NCBI GenBank assembly: GCA_035566155.1
Contig: DATMRM010000155.1
Coordinates: 1-25,603, forward strand
Reading direction: 5' to 3'
Origin: Steroidobacteraceae bacterium
Lineage (GTDB): Bacteria; Pseudomonadota; Gammaproteobacteria; Steroidobacterales; Steroidobacteraceae
Length of the DNA stretch: 25,603 nt
In this document: piece after piece, positions 1 to 9,338 of the stretch
Layout: each line of letters starts with the position of its first letter
How positions within the stretch are numbered: position 1 is the first letter of the stretch
Made by a program: the position numbers and the translations under genes
Notes under the pieces: model-generated
The model's database searches: none
The model's input: only the letters and a program-made list of their open reading frames with translations
What the model was told of the DNA's origin: nothing

Positions 1-35
1 GTGAGGAGCGCACTCTTGCCGCCTTCCGCTGCCAT
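1..35 (-). CDS. nuoE: 5' fragment of NADH-quinone oxidoreductase subunit E (runs off the window)
   Basis: ATG overlaps the nuoD stop (TGATG at 37-33) and reads [11 protein letters not shown]... open to the window edge. The identity comes from nuoABCD gene order only. Confidence 0.6.
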   Translation of the reverse strand, partial: MAAEGGKSALL

Positions 36-1291
36 CAACGATCGACCTCCCCGAACACGATGTCCTGCGTACCAATCACCGCCACGACGTCCGCCAGCAT
101 GTGTCCCTTGACCATCTCGCCCAGGGACGCCAGGTGCACAAACCCGGGCGCCCGGCAATGCAGGCGATAGGGCTTGTTGGCGCCGTCCGATACCAGGAAC
201 ACACCGAACTCGCCTTTCGGTGCTTCCACCGCGGCGTAGCTTTCCCCTTCCGGTACGCAGTAGCCCTCGGTCATGAACTTGAAGTGATGAATCAGCGATT
301 CCATATCGCCCTTCATGTGCTCGCGGCTGGGCGCGCGCACCTTGCGATCATCCACCATCACCGGGCCCGGGTTCGCGCGCAGCCATTTGACGCACTGCTG
401 GACGATGCGATTGGACTGACGCATCTCCGCCACGCGTACCAGGTAGCGGTCGTAGCAATCCCCGTTCACACCCACCGGAATATCGAACTCGAGCTCGGAA
501 TACCTCTCGTAGGGTTGCTTGCGCCGCAAGTCCCATTCGATGCCCGAACCACGCAGCATCGGACCTGTAAAGCCGAGCTGCATCGCGCGTTCCGGGGTCA
601 CGACTCCAATATTGACGGTGCGCTGCTTCCAGATCCGGTTGTCGGTCAAAAGCGTCTCGTACTCATCGACGTGACCCAGGAAGGTCTGGGTGAATGCCTC
701 GATGAAATCCAGCAGCGAACCCGTGCGCAGTTCATTGCGCCGATCGGTGTCCTTCTGACTGCGCCAGCGGGAAGGCTGATGCTTCGGCATCACTTCCGGC
801 AGATCGCGATACACCCCGCCCGGCCGATAGTAGGTTGCATGCATGCGTGTGCCCGACACTGCCTCGTAGCAGTCCATCAGGTCTTCGCGCTGGTTGAAGC
901 AGAACAGGAACACCGTCATCGCCCCGATGTCCAGGCCATGCGCTCCCAGCCACATCAGATGATTCAGGATCCGGGTGATCTCATCGAACATCGTGCGGAT
1001 GTACTGCGCGCGCGGCGGCGGCTGGATGCCGAGCAGTTTCTCGATTGCCAGCACGTAGGCGTGCTCGTTGCACATCATCGACACGTAGTCGAGCCGGTCC
1101 ATGTAGCCAATCGACTGATTGAACGGCTTGGACTCGGCGAGTTTCTCGGTGCCCCGGTGCAGCAGGCCAATGTGCGGATCGGCTTTCTGGATCGTCTCGC
1201 CGTCCATCTCCAGCACCAGGCGCAGCACGCCATGCGCCGCCGGATGCTGCGGGCCGAAGTTGAGCGTCAAATTGCGGATTTCGGTGGTCAT
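35..1291 (-). CDS. nuoD: NADH-quinone oxidoreductase subunit D
   Basis: 418 aa; [38 protein letters not shown] and C-terminal DIVFGEVDR; ATGA overlap with nuoC. Confidence 0.98.
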   Translation of the reverse strand: MTTEIRNLTLNFGPQHPAAHGVLRLVLEMDGETIQKADPHIGLLHRGTEKLAESKPFNQSIGYMDRLDYVSMMCNEHAYVLAIEKLLGIQPPPRAQYIRTMFDEITRILNHLMWLGAHGLDIGAMTVFLFCFNQREDLMDCYEAVSGTRMHATYYRPGGVYRDLPEVMPKHQPSRWRSQKDTDRRNELRTGSLLDFIEAFTQTFLGHVDEYETLLTDNRIWKQRTVNIGVVTPERAMQLGFTGPMLRGSGIEWDLRRKQPYERYSELEFDIPVGVNGDCYDRYLVRVAEMRQSNRIVQQCVKWLRANPGPVMVDDRKVRAPSREHMKGDMESLIHHFKFMTEGYCVPEGESYAAVEAPKGEFGVFLVSDGANKPYRLHCRAPGFVHLASLGEMVKGHMLADVVAVIGTQDIVFGEVDR

Positions 1292-2010
1292 GCCCGATCC
1301 CCGGGTGGGTGATCGTGCAGTGCCGGGTCGTAGCGGTTGTCGTGGCGGATCACGCGCGGCACCAGGATGCGCGGCTCGATCTCGACCGGGCCGTACACGA
1401 CACGCTTGAGTTTCTCATCGTAGTGCACTTCTACGTTGCCGATCAGCGGGAAGTCCTTGCGGAACGGGTGCCCGATGAAGCCGTAGTCGGTAAGGATGCG
1501 CCGCAGATCCGGATGGCCGCGGAACAGGATCCCGAACAGGTCGAACGCTTCGCGTTCGTACCACTCTGCGCTGGCCCACACGCCGACCAGCGAATCGAGC
1601 ATCGGATCCTCGACACTGTCCGCCCACACCCGCACGCGCAGCCGCTGGTTGTGCGAGATCGACAACAGCTGCGAGGTCACGGCGAAGCGCTTGTTGCCTG
1701 CGAGGGTGTGAGGCGCTGCGTGATTCACTCCGCGGCTGAAACCGCTGGCGGTCGCGGCCGTGGTGCGCCACTCGGCGCGGCCATAGTCGAGGTAGTCCAC
1801 GCCAGCCAGATCGATCAGCTGTTCGAAACTCAGCTGCGGGTCGTCGCGCAGCGTGCGCGCCACCTCCACGTAGCGTGCCGAATCCACCTCGATCGCGTAT
1901 TCACCGCTCGGCGCCGCATAAGGACGCGCGCGCTCGCCTAGGACTGCCTTGATCTTCGCGGCAAGCTCATCGATATAGGCTGGCACGATGGGGTGGGGTC
2001 CTTCAGGCAA
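1288..2010 (-). CDS. nuoC: NADH-quinone oxidoreductase subunit C
   Basis: [41 protein letters not shown] signature. Start uncertain: TTG at 2010 or GTG at 1986. Confidence 0.95.
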   Translation of the reverse strand: MPEGPHPIVPAYIDELAAKIKAVLGERARPYAAPSGEYAIEVDSARYVEVARTLRDDPQLSFEQLIDLAGVDYLDYGRAEWRTTAATASGFSRGVNHAAPHTLAGNKRFAVTSQLLSISHNQRLRVRVWADSVEDPMLDSLVGVWASAEWYEREAFDLFGILFRGHPDLRRILTDYGFIGHPFRKDFPLIGNVEVHYDEKLKRVVYGPVEIEPRILVPRVIRHDNRYDPALHDHPPGDRA

Positions 2011-2521
2011 TCACTTCGGGCCGTGCCTTGGCGGCGGCGGCGATCGAATGACGCTCGATCTTGCGCTGCAGTTGAATCACGCCGTACAGCAGTGCTTCAG
2101 CGGTCGGCGGACAGCCTGGCACGTACACGTCCACGGGCACGATGCGATCGCAGCCGCGCACGACCGCGTAGGAGTAGTGGTAGTAGCCACCGCCATTGGC
2201 GCACGAGCCCATCGAGATCACCCAGCGCGGCTCGGGCATCTGGTCATAGACCTTGCGCAGCGCCGGTGCCATCTTGTTGACCAGGGTGCCTGCGACGATC
2301 ATGACGTCGGACTGACGCGGGCTGGGACGAAACGTCACGCCGAAGCGGTCGAGGTCGTAGCGCGAGGCACCGGCGTGCATCATTTCCACGGCGCAGCAGG
2401 CCAGTCCGAAGGTCATCGGCCAGAGCGAGCCGGTGCGCGCCCAGTTGACCAGGTTGTCCACGCTCGTGGTCAGAAAGCCACGTTGCGCAAAGCCCTGTGA
2501 ATCAGGCGCCTCTAATCCCAC
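2003..2521 (-). CDS. nuoB: NADH-quinone oxidoreductase subunit B
   Basis: [37 protein letters not shown] Fe-S motifs. Start set at GTG 2521 (MGLE...), overlapping the nuoA stop, instead of the ORF-track start at 2632. Confidence 0.96.
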   Translation of the reverse strand: MGLEAPDSQGFAQRGFLTTSVDNLVNWARTGSLWPMTFGLACCAVEMMHAGASRYDLDRFGVTFRPSPRQSDVMIVAGTLVNKMAPALRKVYDQMPEPRWVISMGSCANGGGYYHYSYAVVRGCDRIVPVDVYVPGCPPTAEALLYGVIQLQRKIERHSIAAAAKARPEVIA

Positions 2522-2880
2522 TCGAGCGCTCCTTTCTTCCATTCGTACGCGAATCCGATGACCAGGATCAACAGGAAGATGCCCATCGTGGCCAGGCCGA
2601 AGGTTCCGATGCGCTTGAGAGCGACCGCCCATGGGAACAGGAAGGCAATTTCAAGATCGAAAATGATGAACAGGATCGCCACCAGGTAGTAGCGAACGTC
2701 GAACCTCCTACGGCTGTCTTCAAAGGGTTCGAAGCCGCATTCGTAGGGCGATACTTTCGCGCGGTCGTTGCGATAGCTGGCCGAGAGCCGCCCGAGCAAC
2801 GTTCCCAGACCCAGCAGCACCGCGGCAAGCGCCGACGCAATGCCTAGGAAGATTAGCACGGGAAGGTAGTTCGTGAGCAT
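2512..2880 (-). CDS. nuoA: NADH-quinone oxidoreductase subunit A
   Basis: 122 aa from ATG 2880 ([11 protein letters not shown]); three hydrophobic segments; [41 protein letters not shown]. Confidence 0.97.
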   Translation of the reverse strand: MLTNYLPVLIFLGIASALAAVLLGLGTLLGRLSASYRNDRAKVSPYECGFEPFEDSRRRFDVRYYLVAILFIIFDLEIAFLFPWAVALKRIGTFGLATMGIFLLILVIGFAYEWKKGALEWD

Positions 2881-2895
2881 TGCACCACCATTGCT

Positions 2896-2939
2896 AAAAG
2901 GGGCGGCATGTTGCGCTTGCGCGCACATTGGACCGCCCC
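2896..2939 (-). terminator. Terminator-like hairpin downstream of tRNA-Leu and inside the predicted nuoA leader
   Basis: Minus strand GGGGCGG-UCCA-AUGU-GCGC-[GCAA]-GCGC-A-ACAU-G-CCGCCCC-UUUU, with a GNRA loop and a 4-U tail. Confidence 0.6.
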
Positions 2940-2950
2940 GTGGTCGCCGT

Positions 2951-2959
2951 ATTGTAGCA
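2951..2959 (-). promoter_or_regulatory. Candidate extended -10 sigma70 promoter for the nuo operon
   Basis: TGcTACAAT on the minus strand about 70 nt upstream of the nuoA ATG; no good -35. Confidence 0.5.
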
Positions 2960-2974
2960 GGCGATGCTGACTTG

Positions 2975-3059
2975 TGGTGCCGACGGCGAGATTCGAACTC
3001 GCACACCTTGCGGCGCTAGCCCCTCAAGCTAGTGTGTCTACCAGTTCCACCACGTCGGC
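2975..3059 (-). tRNA. tRNA-Leu(GAG), 85 nt, CCA encoded
   Basis: Acceptor stem GCCGACG/CGTCGGC-A-CCA, D-loop TGGTAGAC, anticodon arm CTAGC-TTGAGGG-GCTAG, long variable arm with GCAA loop, T-loop GTTCGAATC; position after secG is typical. Confidence 0.97.
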
Positions 3060-3093
3060 ACTGTCGTAATTCGCGTTTCGTTGTAGGCCGCGC

Positions 3094-3582
3094 TCACTTG
3101 GGCGCTGTCGGATTCGCGGGCGCCGTCGGCGTTGTTGCCGGCGGCGCTGACTGGGCTGCCGGCGCAGAGTGCGTCGCAGCCGCGGGCGGCGCCGATTGCG
3201 CGGGCAGTGTGCTCGTGGGCGCAGCCGCTCCAGCTGCGGGTGCCGGTGCCGGCAGCGTCACGGTCGCTGGCGGAGCGCCCGGGGTGCCTTTCGCTGGCGC
3301 GGCCGGCTGCGCGAATTGCTCCAGCACTCCACTGCTCGGCGTCGCAGCTTTGCGCGTGCCCACATAGGCCAGCGACAGACTGGTGACCATGAAGATCGCG
3401 GCCAAAATGGCGGTCGCGCGCGACAGCGCGGTGCTGGCCCCGCGTGCGCCGAACACGGTACCGGAGGCCCCCGCGCCAAATCCGGCACCCGCCTCGGCGC
3501 CTTTACCACGCTGCAGCAGTACCAGCGCGACAATCGAGGCCGCGCAGAAAAAATGAATAATCATTAAGAACGTATGCAACAT
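3094..3582 (-). CDS. secG: Preprotein translocase subunit SecG with a long Ala/Pro/Thr/Ser-rich C-terminal tail
   Basis: LVLLQRGKGAEAGAGFGAGASGTVFGARG motif, two TM segments, located between tpiA and tRNA-Leu. Confidence 0.96.
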   Translation of the reverse strand: MLHTFLMIIHFFCAASIVALVLLQRGKGAEAGAGFGAGASGTVFGARGASTALSRATAILAAIFMVTSLSLAYVGTRKAATPSSGVLEQFAQPAAPAKGTPGAPPATVTLPAPAPAAGAAAPTSTLPAQSAPPAAATHSAPAAQSAPPATTPTAPANPTAPK

Positions 3583-3595
3583 CGATCAACCCGAC

Positions 3596-4348
3596 TCAAC
3601 CGCGTGCCGCGGCCACAATGCTCAAGAATTCTTCTGCTTTCAGCGAGGCGCCACCAATCAACCCGCCATCCACGTCGGCCTGCGTAAACAGCTCACGGGC
3701 ATTGCCCGCCTTGACGCTTCCGCCATACAGGATCTGAAGACCGGCCGCGATCTTAGCATCCCGCTGCGTCAGCCGGGCGCGGATGAACCCGTGGATCTCC
3801 TGCACCTGCGCCGGTGACGCCGTACGCCCGGTGCCGATCGCCCAGACCGGCTCATAGGCAATCACGGCATGCGCAAAGCTTGAGATGCCGGTCAGCGCGA
3901 CCACCGCCTCGAGCTGCCGCCCCACGACGTCGAAACAGCGCCCGGCTTCGCGCTCGGGAAGCTGCTCGCCCACGCACAGGATCGGCACCAGCCCTTTCGA
4001 CTGCGCAGCGGCAAACTTGCGCGCCACCTGCTCATCGCTCTCGTGACTGAGCGTGCGACGCTCCGAGTGTCCAACGATCACGAACTGGCAACCGACGTCC
4101 TTCAGCATCGCAGCCGAGACCTCTCCGGTATAGGCACCGTGGGTCTCGGCGGAGACATTCTGCGCACCCAGTTTTACCGCGGTGCCGCGCAGCAGGCGCG
4201 CGATTTCGCTCAAGTAGACGTACGGCGGACACACCACACACTCGACGCTTTCGAGCTTGGGGGCCGCCACAATGGCATCGAGCAGCGCACTGTTGTCAGT
4301 GCGCGAGCCATGCATCTTCCAGTTTCCGGCTACCAGTTTGCGTCGCAT
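3596..4348 (-). CDS. tpiA: Triosephosphate isomerase
   Basis: 250 aa from ATG 4348; AGNWKMHG, GHSERR, AYEPVWAIGTG, YGGSVK, GGLIGGASL. Confidence 0.98.
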   Translation of the reverse strand: MRRKLVAGNWKMHGSRTDNSALLDAIVAAPKLESVECVVCPPYVYLSEIARLLRGTAVKLGAQNVSAETHGAYTGEVSAAMLKDVGCQFVIVGHSERRTLSHESDEQVARKFAAAQSKGLVPILCVGEQLPEREAGRCFDVVGRQLEAVVALTGISSFAHAVIAYEPVWAIGTGRTASPAQVQEIHGFIRARLTQRDAKIAAGLQILYGGSVKAGNARELFTQADVDGGLIGGASLKAEEFLSIVAAARG

Positions 4349-4379
4349 AGTCTCGTTCGGCCTGATTTCAGGCGCGCGG

Positions 4380-4408
4380 ATGATATCGGCGACCCCCTTC
4401 CTAAGCAA
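4380..4408 (-). promoter_or_regulatory. Candidate sigma70 promoter of tpiA-secG-tRNA-Leu
   Basis: TTGCTT (4408-4403) - 17 nt - TATCAT (4385-4380), followed by a GC-rich discriminator CCGCGCG. Confidence 0.6.
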
Positions 4409-4446
4409 TGTGCCGTTCTTATCGTTGCCGGCAGGCCCGTCCGACG

Positions 4447-5799
4447 TCAGGTCGGCGCCGGGGCCGGCGCCGGGGCTCCCCGGACGACCGCGGCCAGCTC
4501 TTCGGCACAGGCGCGCACCTCGGTCGCATCCCGTGCTTCGACCATCACCCGGATCACCGGTTCTGTGCCTGAGGCGCGCAGCACGACCCGCCCTTCGCCA
4601 TGCAGCTGCTTTTCGACCCGCCGCACTGCATTGACCACGTCCGGCACACTCATCGGGTCAAACCGCCGCGCCACCCTCACATTGAGCAACACCTGCGGCA
4701 GCTTCTCCATTCCCGCGGCCAGCTCCGCCAGCGAGCGGCCGGTCTGCTTCATGATCCGAAGGACCTGAAGCGCCGTGATCAGCCCGTCACCGGTCGTCGT
4801 GCGGTCCAGTGACAGAATGTGTCCAGAGGTCTCCCCGCCGAGGATACCGCCGCTTTCCTTCAGCTTGGCGAGCACGTGCCGGTCCCCGACCGGCGCCCGC
4901 AGGAACTCAATGCCCAGCCGCCGCAGCGCCAGTTCGAGTCCAAAATTGGACATCACGGTTCCGACCACGGGCCCGCGCAGACGCTGCTCGGCCTTTTCCG
5001 CCGAGGCAATCACATACAGCAGCTGATCCCCGTCCACGAGGCGTCCGAGGTGATCGACCATCATGACCCGATCGCCGTCACCGTCGAGCGCGACGCCCAC
5101 GTGCGCGTGCACGCCGGGGACGGTCAACTGCAGCAGTTCAGGTGAGGTCGAACCGCAGCCGTCATTGATGTTTCGGCCGTTGGGCGAACATCCGATCGGC
5201 ACGATGTCGGCATCCAGGTCGGCCAGAATGCGCGGGGCAATCTTGTAGCCGGCGCCGTTGGCACAGTCGATCACGAGCTTCAGGCCCGAGAGATTGTTGC
5301 CGGCACCGAGCATGCGGTTGCAGAATTCCTGGTAATGAAAGAGCGCGCTGTCGACCCGCCGTGCGCGGCCGATCTCGCGCGACGCGCGCGTGAGCGGCAC
5401 ACTCACCAACTGCGCTTCGATGCGCTCTTCGATCGCATCGGATAATTTGCCACCCTCGCCGTCGAAGAATTTGATGCCATTGTCCTCGTACGGGTTGTGA
5501 GAGGCGCTGATGACCACGCCGAGACGGCATTGCATCTGCCGGGTCATGTAGGCCACCGCCGGCGTCGGTAGCGGACCGGTCATCAGCACATCGGCGCCGG
5601 CCGCGACGAACCCCGCTTCCAGGGCTGCTTCGAACATGTAGCCCGAGACCCGCGTGTCTTTGCCGATCAATACCGCGCCACCCTCCCGGAGCAGCACTTG
5701 CGCTGCCGCACTCGCCAGGCGCAAGGCGAACTCGACCGTCATCGGATCAGTACCGACACGACCTCGAATGCCATCGGTTCCGAAATAGGTTCTGCTCAC
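4447..5799 (-). CDS. glmM: Phosphoglucosamine mutase
   Basis: 450 aa, GTG start with GGGAG SD; YFGTDGIRG, ISASHNPYEDNGIKFF, DGDGDR, GGETSGH, RASGTEP. Confidence 0.98.
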   Translation of the reverse strand: MSRTYFGTDGIRGRVGTDPMTVEFALRLASAAAQVLLREGGAVLIGKDTRVSGYMFEAALEAGFVAAGADVLMTGPLPTPAVAYMTRQMQCRLGVVISASHNPYEDNGIKFFDGEGGKLSDAIEERIEAQLVSVPLTRASREIGRARRVDSALFHYQEFCNRMLGAGNNLSGLKLVIDCANGAGYKIAPRILADLDADIVPIGCSPNGRNINDGCGSTSPELLQLTVPGVHAHVGVALDGDGDRVMMVDHLGRLVDGDQLLYVIASAEKAEQRLRGPVVGTVMSNFGLELALRRLGIEFLRAPVGDRHVLAKLKESGGILGGETSGHILSLDRTTTGDGLITALQVLRIMKQTGRSLAELAAGMEKLPQVLLNVRVARRFDPMSVPDVVNAVRRVEKQLHGEGRVVLRASGTEPVIRVMVEARDATEVRACAEELAAVVRGAPAPAPAPT

Positions 5800-6644
5800 G
5801 GCGGACTCCCGTAGTGGATTGCGCTCGCAACACGCACTGCATCGACCGTCTGGGCCACGTCGTGCGCGCGCACGATGTGCGCACCCTGTAACACTGCGGC
5901 CGTAGCCAGCGCGAGGCTCGCCGCGAGCCGGTCGCTGCCGGCGTCGCCCTTGCGGCCAAGCAGTGTCGCCAGCATCGACTTGCGCGACAAGCCGACCACC
6001 ACGGGCAAGTGCAGCGACTCGAGCTGCGGCAGTTTCCGCAGCAGTTGCAGATTATGCTCCAGCCGTTTTCCGAACCCGAAGCCTGGATCCACGCACAGCC
6101 GTTCGCGAGCGATGCCCGCGTCGACACACGCCTGCACGCGATCCTGCAGGAAGGCGCGCACTTCCTTCACGACGTCCTGATAGTGCGGATCAACCTGCAT
6201 ACTGTGCGGTTCGCCCAACATGTGCATTAGACACACGCCGCAGGGCGTGGAGGCTGCCGCCTCGAGGGCGCCCGGCCGCTGCAGGGCTCGCACATCGTTG
6301 ATGAGATGAGCCCCGGCCGCCGGGGCCCGGCTCATCAGTTCGGGATTCGAGGTATCGACCGAGATCAGAACCTTCAGGCGCGCGGCGATACGCTCCACCA
6401 CCGGCAGCACACGCCGCAGTTCTTCTTCGCTCGATACCCCCCCTGCTGCCCCCGGCCGCGTCGACTCGCCGCCGATGTCGATGATCGCGGCGCCCTCGGA
6501 GCTCATACGCTCCGCGTGCGCGAAGGCCGCGTCGGGATCGAGGAATTTACCGCCGTCGGAGAAGGAGTCCTGCGTGACGTTGAGGACGCCCATGACGAGC
6601 GGACGAGAGAGGTCCAATGTCCGACCAGCACACACCAGCTGCAT
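5796..6644 (-). CDS. folP: Dihydropteroate synthase
   Basis: 282 aa; MGVLNVTQDSFSDGG, GGESTRPGA, DPGFGFGK, GLSRKS, RAHDV. Confidence 0.97.
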   Translation of the reverse strand: MQLVCAGRTLDLSRPLVMGVLNVTQDSFSDGGKFLDPDAAFAHAERMSSEGAAIIDIGGESTRPGAAGGVSSEEELRRVLPVVERIAARLKVLISVDTSNPELMSRAPAAGAHLINDVRALQRPGALEAAASTPCGVCLMHMLGEPHSMQVDPHYQDVVKEVRAFLQDRVQACVDAGIARERLCVDPGFGFGKRLEHNLQLLRKLPQLESLHLPVVVGLSRKSMLATLLGRKGDAGSDRLAASLALATAAVLQGAHIVRAHDVAQTVDAVRVASAIHYGSPP

Positions 6645-6661
6645 CTCAAGCCCCCGGAAAC

Positions 6662-6679
6662 GGCCTGTCTTCCCAGGCC
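6662..6679 (-). terminator. Weak hairpin between ftsH and folP
   Basis: GGCCUG-GGAAGA-CAGGCC followed by GUUU on the minus strand. Confidence 0.3.
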
Positions 6680-6695
6680 TTGTTGGCAGGCAGAT

Positions 6696-8624
6696 CTAGT
6701 GCTGGTTGGCGGCGGGCCGCACCACTGGCGGCTCGACCGGACCCGCGAGCGGAGAAGGTACCGGCTTGCCGCCGCCCGGACTCGGGGTCGAATCATCCCA
6801 GCCGTCCGGCGGACGCGGAGCACGTCCGGCCATGATGTCCTTCAGCTGATCGTCGGCCAGCGTCTCATACTTGATGAGCGCTTCGGCCATCGCGTGCAGC
6901 TTCTCGATATTGGTGTCGAGAATCTCCCGCGCGACCTTGTAGTTGCTTTCGATCACGCGGCGCACTTCCTCGTCGATCGCATGCGCGGTCTCATCGGACA
7001 CCTGCTTGTGCTGCGTGACGCTGCGGCCGAGGAACACCTCGCCCTGATCCTCTGAATAGGTGAGCGGACCCAGGCGGTCGGACAGACCCCACTTGGTGAC
7101 CATGTTGCGAGCCAGTTCCGTGGCGCGCTCGATGTCGTTCGATGCACCGGTCGTGACCGAGTCCACCCCGAAGATGATCTCTTCGGCGATACGCCCGCCG
7201 AACAACGTCGCGATCGAACTCTCCAGTCGGCGCTTGCTCATCGAGTAGCGGTCCTGCTCGGGCAGGAATTGCGTGACACCCAGCGCACGACCACGCGGAA
7301 TGATGGTCACCTTGTAGACCGGATCGTGCTCGGGCACGGTGATACCGACGATCGCGTGACCGGCCTCGTGATAGGCAGTCATGCGCTTCTCGGCGTCGGT
7401 CATGACCATCGAGCGCCGCTCCGCGCCCATCATGATCTTGTCCTTGGCGCGCTCGAACTGGTCCATCGTGACCAGGCGCTGGTTGGCGCGTGCGGCAAAC
7501 AGCGCCGCCTCGTTGACCAGATTGGCCAGGTCAGCACCCGAGAATCCGGGGGTACCCCGTGCGATCAGCGCCGGCTTCACATCATCCGACAGCGGAACGC
7601 GGCGCATGTGCACGCGTAGAATCTGTTCACGTCCGCGCACGTCGGGCAGCGGCACCACGACCTGGCGGTCAAACCGGCCCGGTCGCAGCAGCGCCGGATC
7701 CAGTACATCCGGACGGTTGGTGGCAGCGATGACGATGATGCCTTCGTTACCCTCGAAGCCGTCCATCTCGACCAGCAACTGATTGAGTGTCTGCTCGCGC
7801 TCGTCGTGTCCGCCGCCGAGACCCGCACCGCGGTGACGGCCAACCGCGTCGATCTCATCGATGAAGATGATGCACGGCGCGTGCTTCTTGGCCTGCTCGA
7901 ACATGTCTCGCACACGCGAGGCACCGACGCCGACGAACATTTCGACGAAGTCGGAACCGGAAATGGTGAAGAACGGCACTTTGGCTTCGCCAGCGATGGC
8001 TCGCGCCAGCAGTGTCTTGCCGGTGCCGGGAGAGCCGACCATCAGCACGCCCTTCGGTATCTTGCCGCCGAGCTTTTGGAACTTGCCGGGGTCCTTCAGG
8101 AAGTCCACGATTTCGCCGACTTCCTGCTTGGCCTCATCGACACCGGCGACGTCGGCAAACGTGACATTGACCTGGTCCTCGCCCAGCAGACGCGCGCGGC
8201 TCTTGCCGAAGCTCATGGCTCCACGCCCGCCGGCGGCGCCCTGCATCTGACGCAACAGATAGACGAATACGACCAGCAACAGCATCGCCGGAGCGAGCTG
8301 CAACACGAGCTGCGCCAGGAAGTTCGGCTGCTTGGGCGGCTGGCCCTCGAGGCTGACCCCCGCCTTGAGCAGGTCGCCGATCAGCACGCTGTAGTTCGTT
8401 TCGGGGTTGTAGGTCTCGAAGTGAGTCTTGTCTTTCAATGTCCCGTGGATCGTATCGCCCTGCAACACGGCGCTCTCAACACGACCTGCTTTGACGTCGT
8501 TATAGAACTCGGAGTAGTTGATCGCCTGGGCCTGGGTCCCATTGGGTACGTAGCGGCTGAAAACCGCCAACATAACCAACACGATAACGACCCAGAGAAG
8601 GATGTTTTTGGTCAGATCATTCAA
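6696..8624 (-). CDS. ftsH: ATP-dependent zinc metalloprotease FtsH
   Basis: 642 aa, TTG start with AAGGTG SD; two TM segments, Walker A GSPGTGKT, Walker [29 protein letters not shown] zinc motif. Confidence 0.99.
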   Translation of the reverse strand: MNDLTKNILLWVVIVLVMLAVFSRYVPNGTQAQAINYSEFYNDVKAGRVESAVLQGDTIHGTLKDKTHFETYNPETNYSVLIGDLLKAGVSLEGQPPKQPNFLAQLVLQLAPAMLLLVVFVYLLRQMQGAAGGRGAMSFGKSRARLLGEDQVNVTFADVAGVDEAKQEVGEIVDFLKDPGKFQKLGGKIPKGVLMVGSPGTGKTLLARAIAGEAKVPFFTISGSDFVEMFVGVGASRVRDMFEQAKKHAPCIIFIDEIDAVGRHRGAGLGGGHDEREQTLNQLLVEMDGFEGNEGIIVIAATNRPDVLDPALLRPGRFDRQVVVPLPDVRGREQILRVHMRRVPLSDDVKPALIARGTPGFSGADLANLVNEAALFAARANQRLVTMDQFERAKDKIMMGAERRSMVMTDAEKRMTAYHEAGHAIVGITVPEHDPVYKVTIIPRGRALGVTQFLPEQDRYSMSKRRLESSIATLFGGRIAEEIIFGVDSVTTGASNDIERATELARNMVTKWGLSDRLGPLTYSEDQGEVFLGRSVTQHKQVSDETAHAIDEEVRRVIESNYKVAREILDTNIEKLHAMAEALIKYETLADDQLKDIMAGRAPRPPDGWDDSTPSPGGGKPVPSPLAGPVEPPVVRPAANQH

Positions 8625-8683
8625 CTTCGTTTCACCTTAGCGCCGACGGCGGCCTGGCGGGAGACAGACTCTTGACAGGGACG

Positions 8684-9310
8684 CTACACCATCCTCTTCC
8701 CGGAGGCCAGCAAGTATGTTTCAGAACTGCGAGATCGCGAAGCCTCAGGTTTCAGACACTTGACCCGACCAAAACTCGTACGAGCGCTGCCCATCAGCGC
8801 CTCAAAGCCGGCACCCTGAAGCACCTTGATCAGGGCAGTGCCGCCCGGTTTCAAGGTTTCCCGGGCCATATCCAGGGCCAATTCCGACAGGTACATGCTC
8901 CGGGGCGCATCGATGACGTCCATCCCGCTCAGATTGGGCGCCATATCTGACATTAACAGGTCGATCCCCGGCGCTCCGATCGCCCGTTTGAGCGCATCCA
9001 GCACGACCTGTTCGCGCACGTCCCCCTGCAAGAATTCCACTCCGGCCAGGGGCTCCATCTCCAATATGTCACTCGCCAGCACTCGCCCGGGTTTACCGAC
9101 CCGCTGTCGCGCATACTGACTCCACGCCCCGGGGGCTGCCCCGAGATCCAGAACAACCATTCCCGGTTTGAGCAGGCGCTCCTTGCGATCGATCTGCTCC
9201 AGCTTGAACACCGCACGGGAGCGCCAGCCCTCGGCCCGAGCCCGTTTGACGAACGGATCAGAGAAATGTTCGCGCAGCCAGCGATCGCTGCTCTTGGATC
9301 GGCGTGCCAT
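8684..9310 (-). CDS. rlmE: 23S rRNA U2552 2'-O-methyltransferase RlmE (FtsJ/RrmJ)
   Basis: 208 aa from ATG 9310; RSRAVFKL, DLGAAPGAWSQ, SDMAPNLSG, KPEASRSRSSETY; upstream of ftsH. Confidence 0.97.
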   Translation of the reverse strand: MARRSKSSDRWLREHFSDPFVKRARAEGWRSRAVFKLEQIDRKERLLKPGMVVLDLGAAPGAWSQYARQRVGKPGRVLASDILEMEPLAGVEFLQGDVREQVVLDALKRAIGAPGIDLLMSDMAPNLSGMDVIDAPRSMYLSELALDMARETLKPGGTALIKVLQGAGFEALMGSARTSFGRVKCLKPEASRSRSSETYLLASGKRMV

Positions 9311-9325
9311 GTTGCCTTGCTTAAG

Positions 9326-9332
9326 TATCATA
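9326..9332. promoter_or_regulatory. Overlapping bidirectional -10 elements (rlmE / yhbY)
   Basis: TATCATA gives TATCAT on plus (9326-9331) and TATGAT on minus (9332-9327) within a 28-bp gap between divergent start codons. Confidence 0.55.
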
Positions 9333-9338
9333 CGGGCG

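Noticed and set aside
101-1312. Long plus-strand ORFs antisense to real genes (for example 101-1312, 11502-13739, 7806-8675, 17683-18555)
   Set aside because: In-register antisense shadows typical of high-GC coding DNA; no recognisable motifs, and they fully overlap well-conserved genes.
4447-4480. Short GGCGCCGGGG repeats at the glmM 3' end and the Gly/Ala-rich DnaK tail as tandem repeats or CRISPR
   Set aside because: Low-complexity protein tails (PAPAPAP and GA-rich); no regular repeat-spacer structure.
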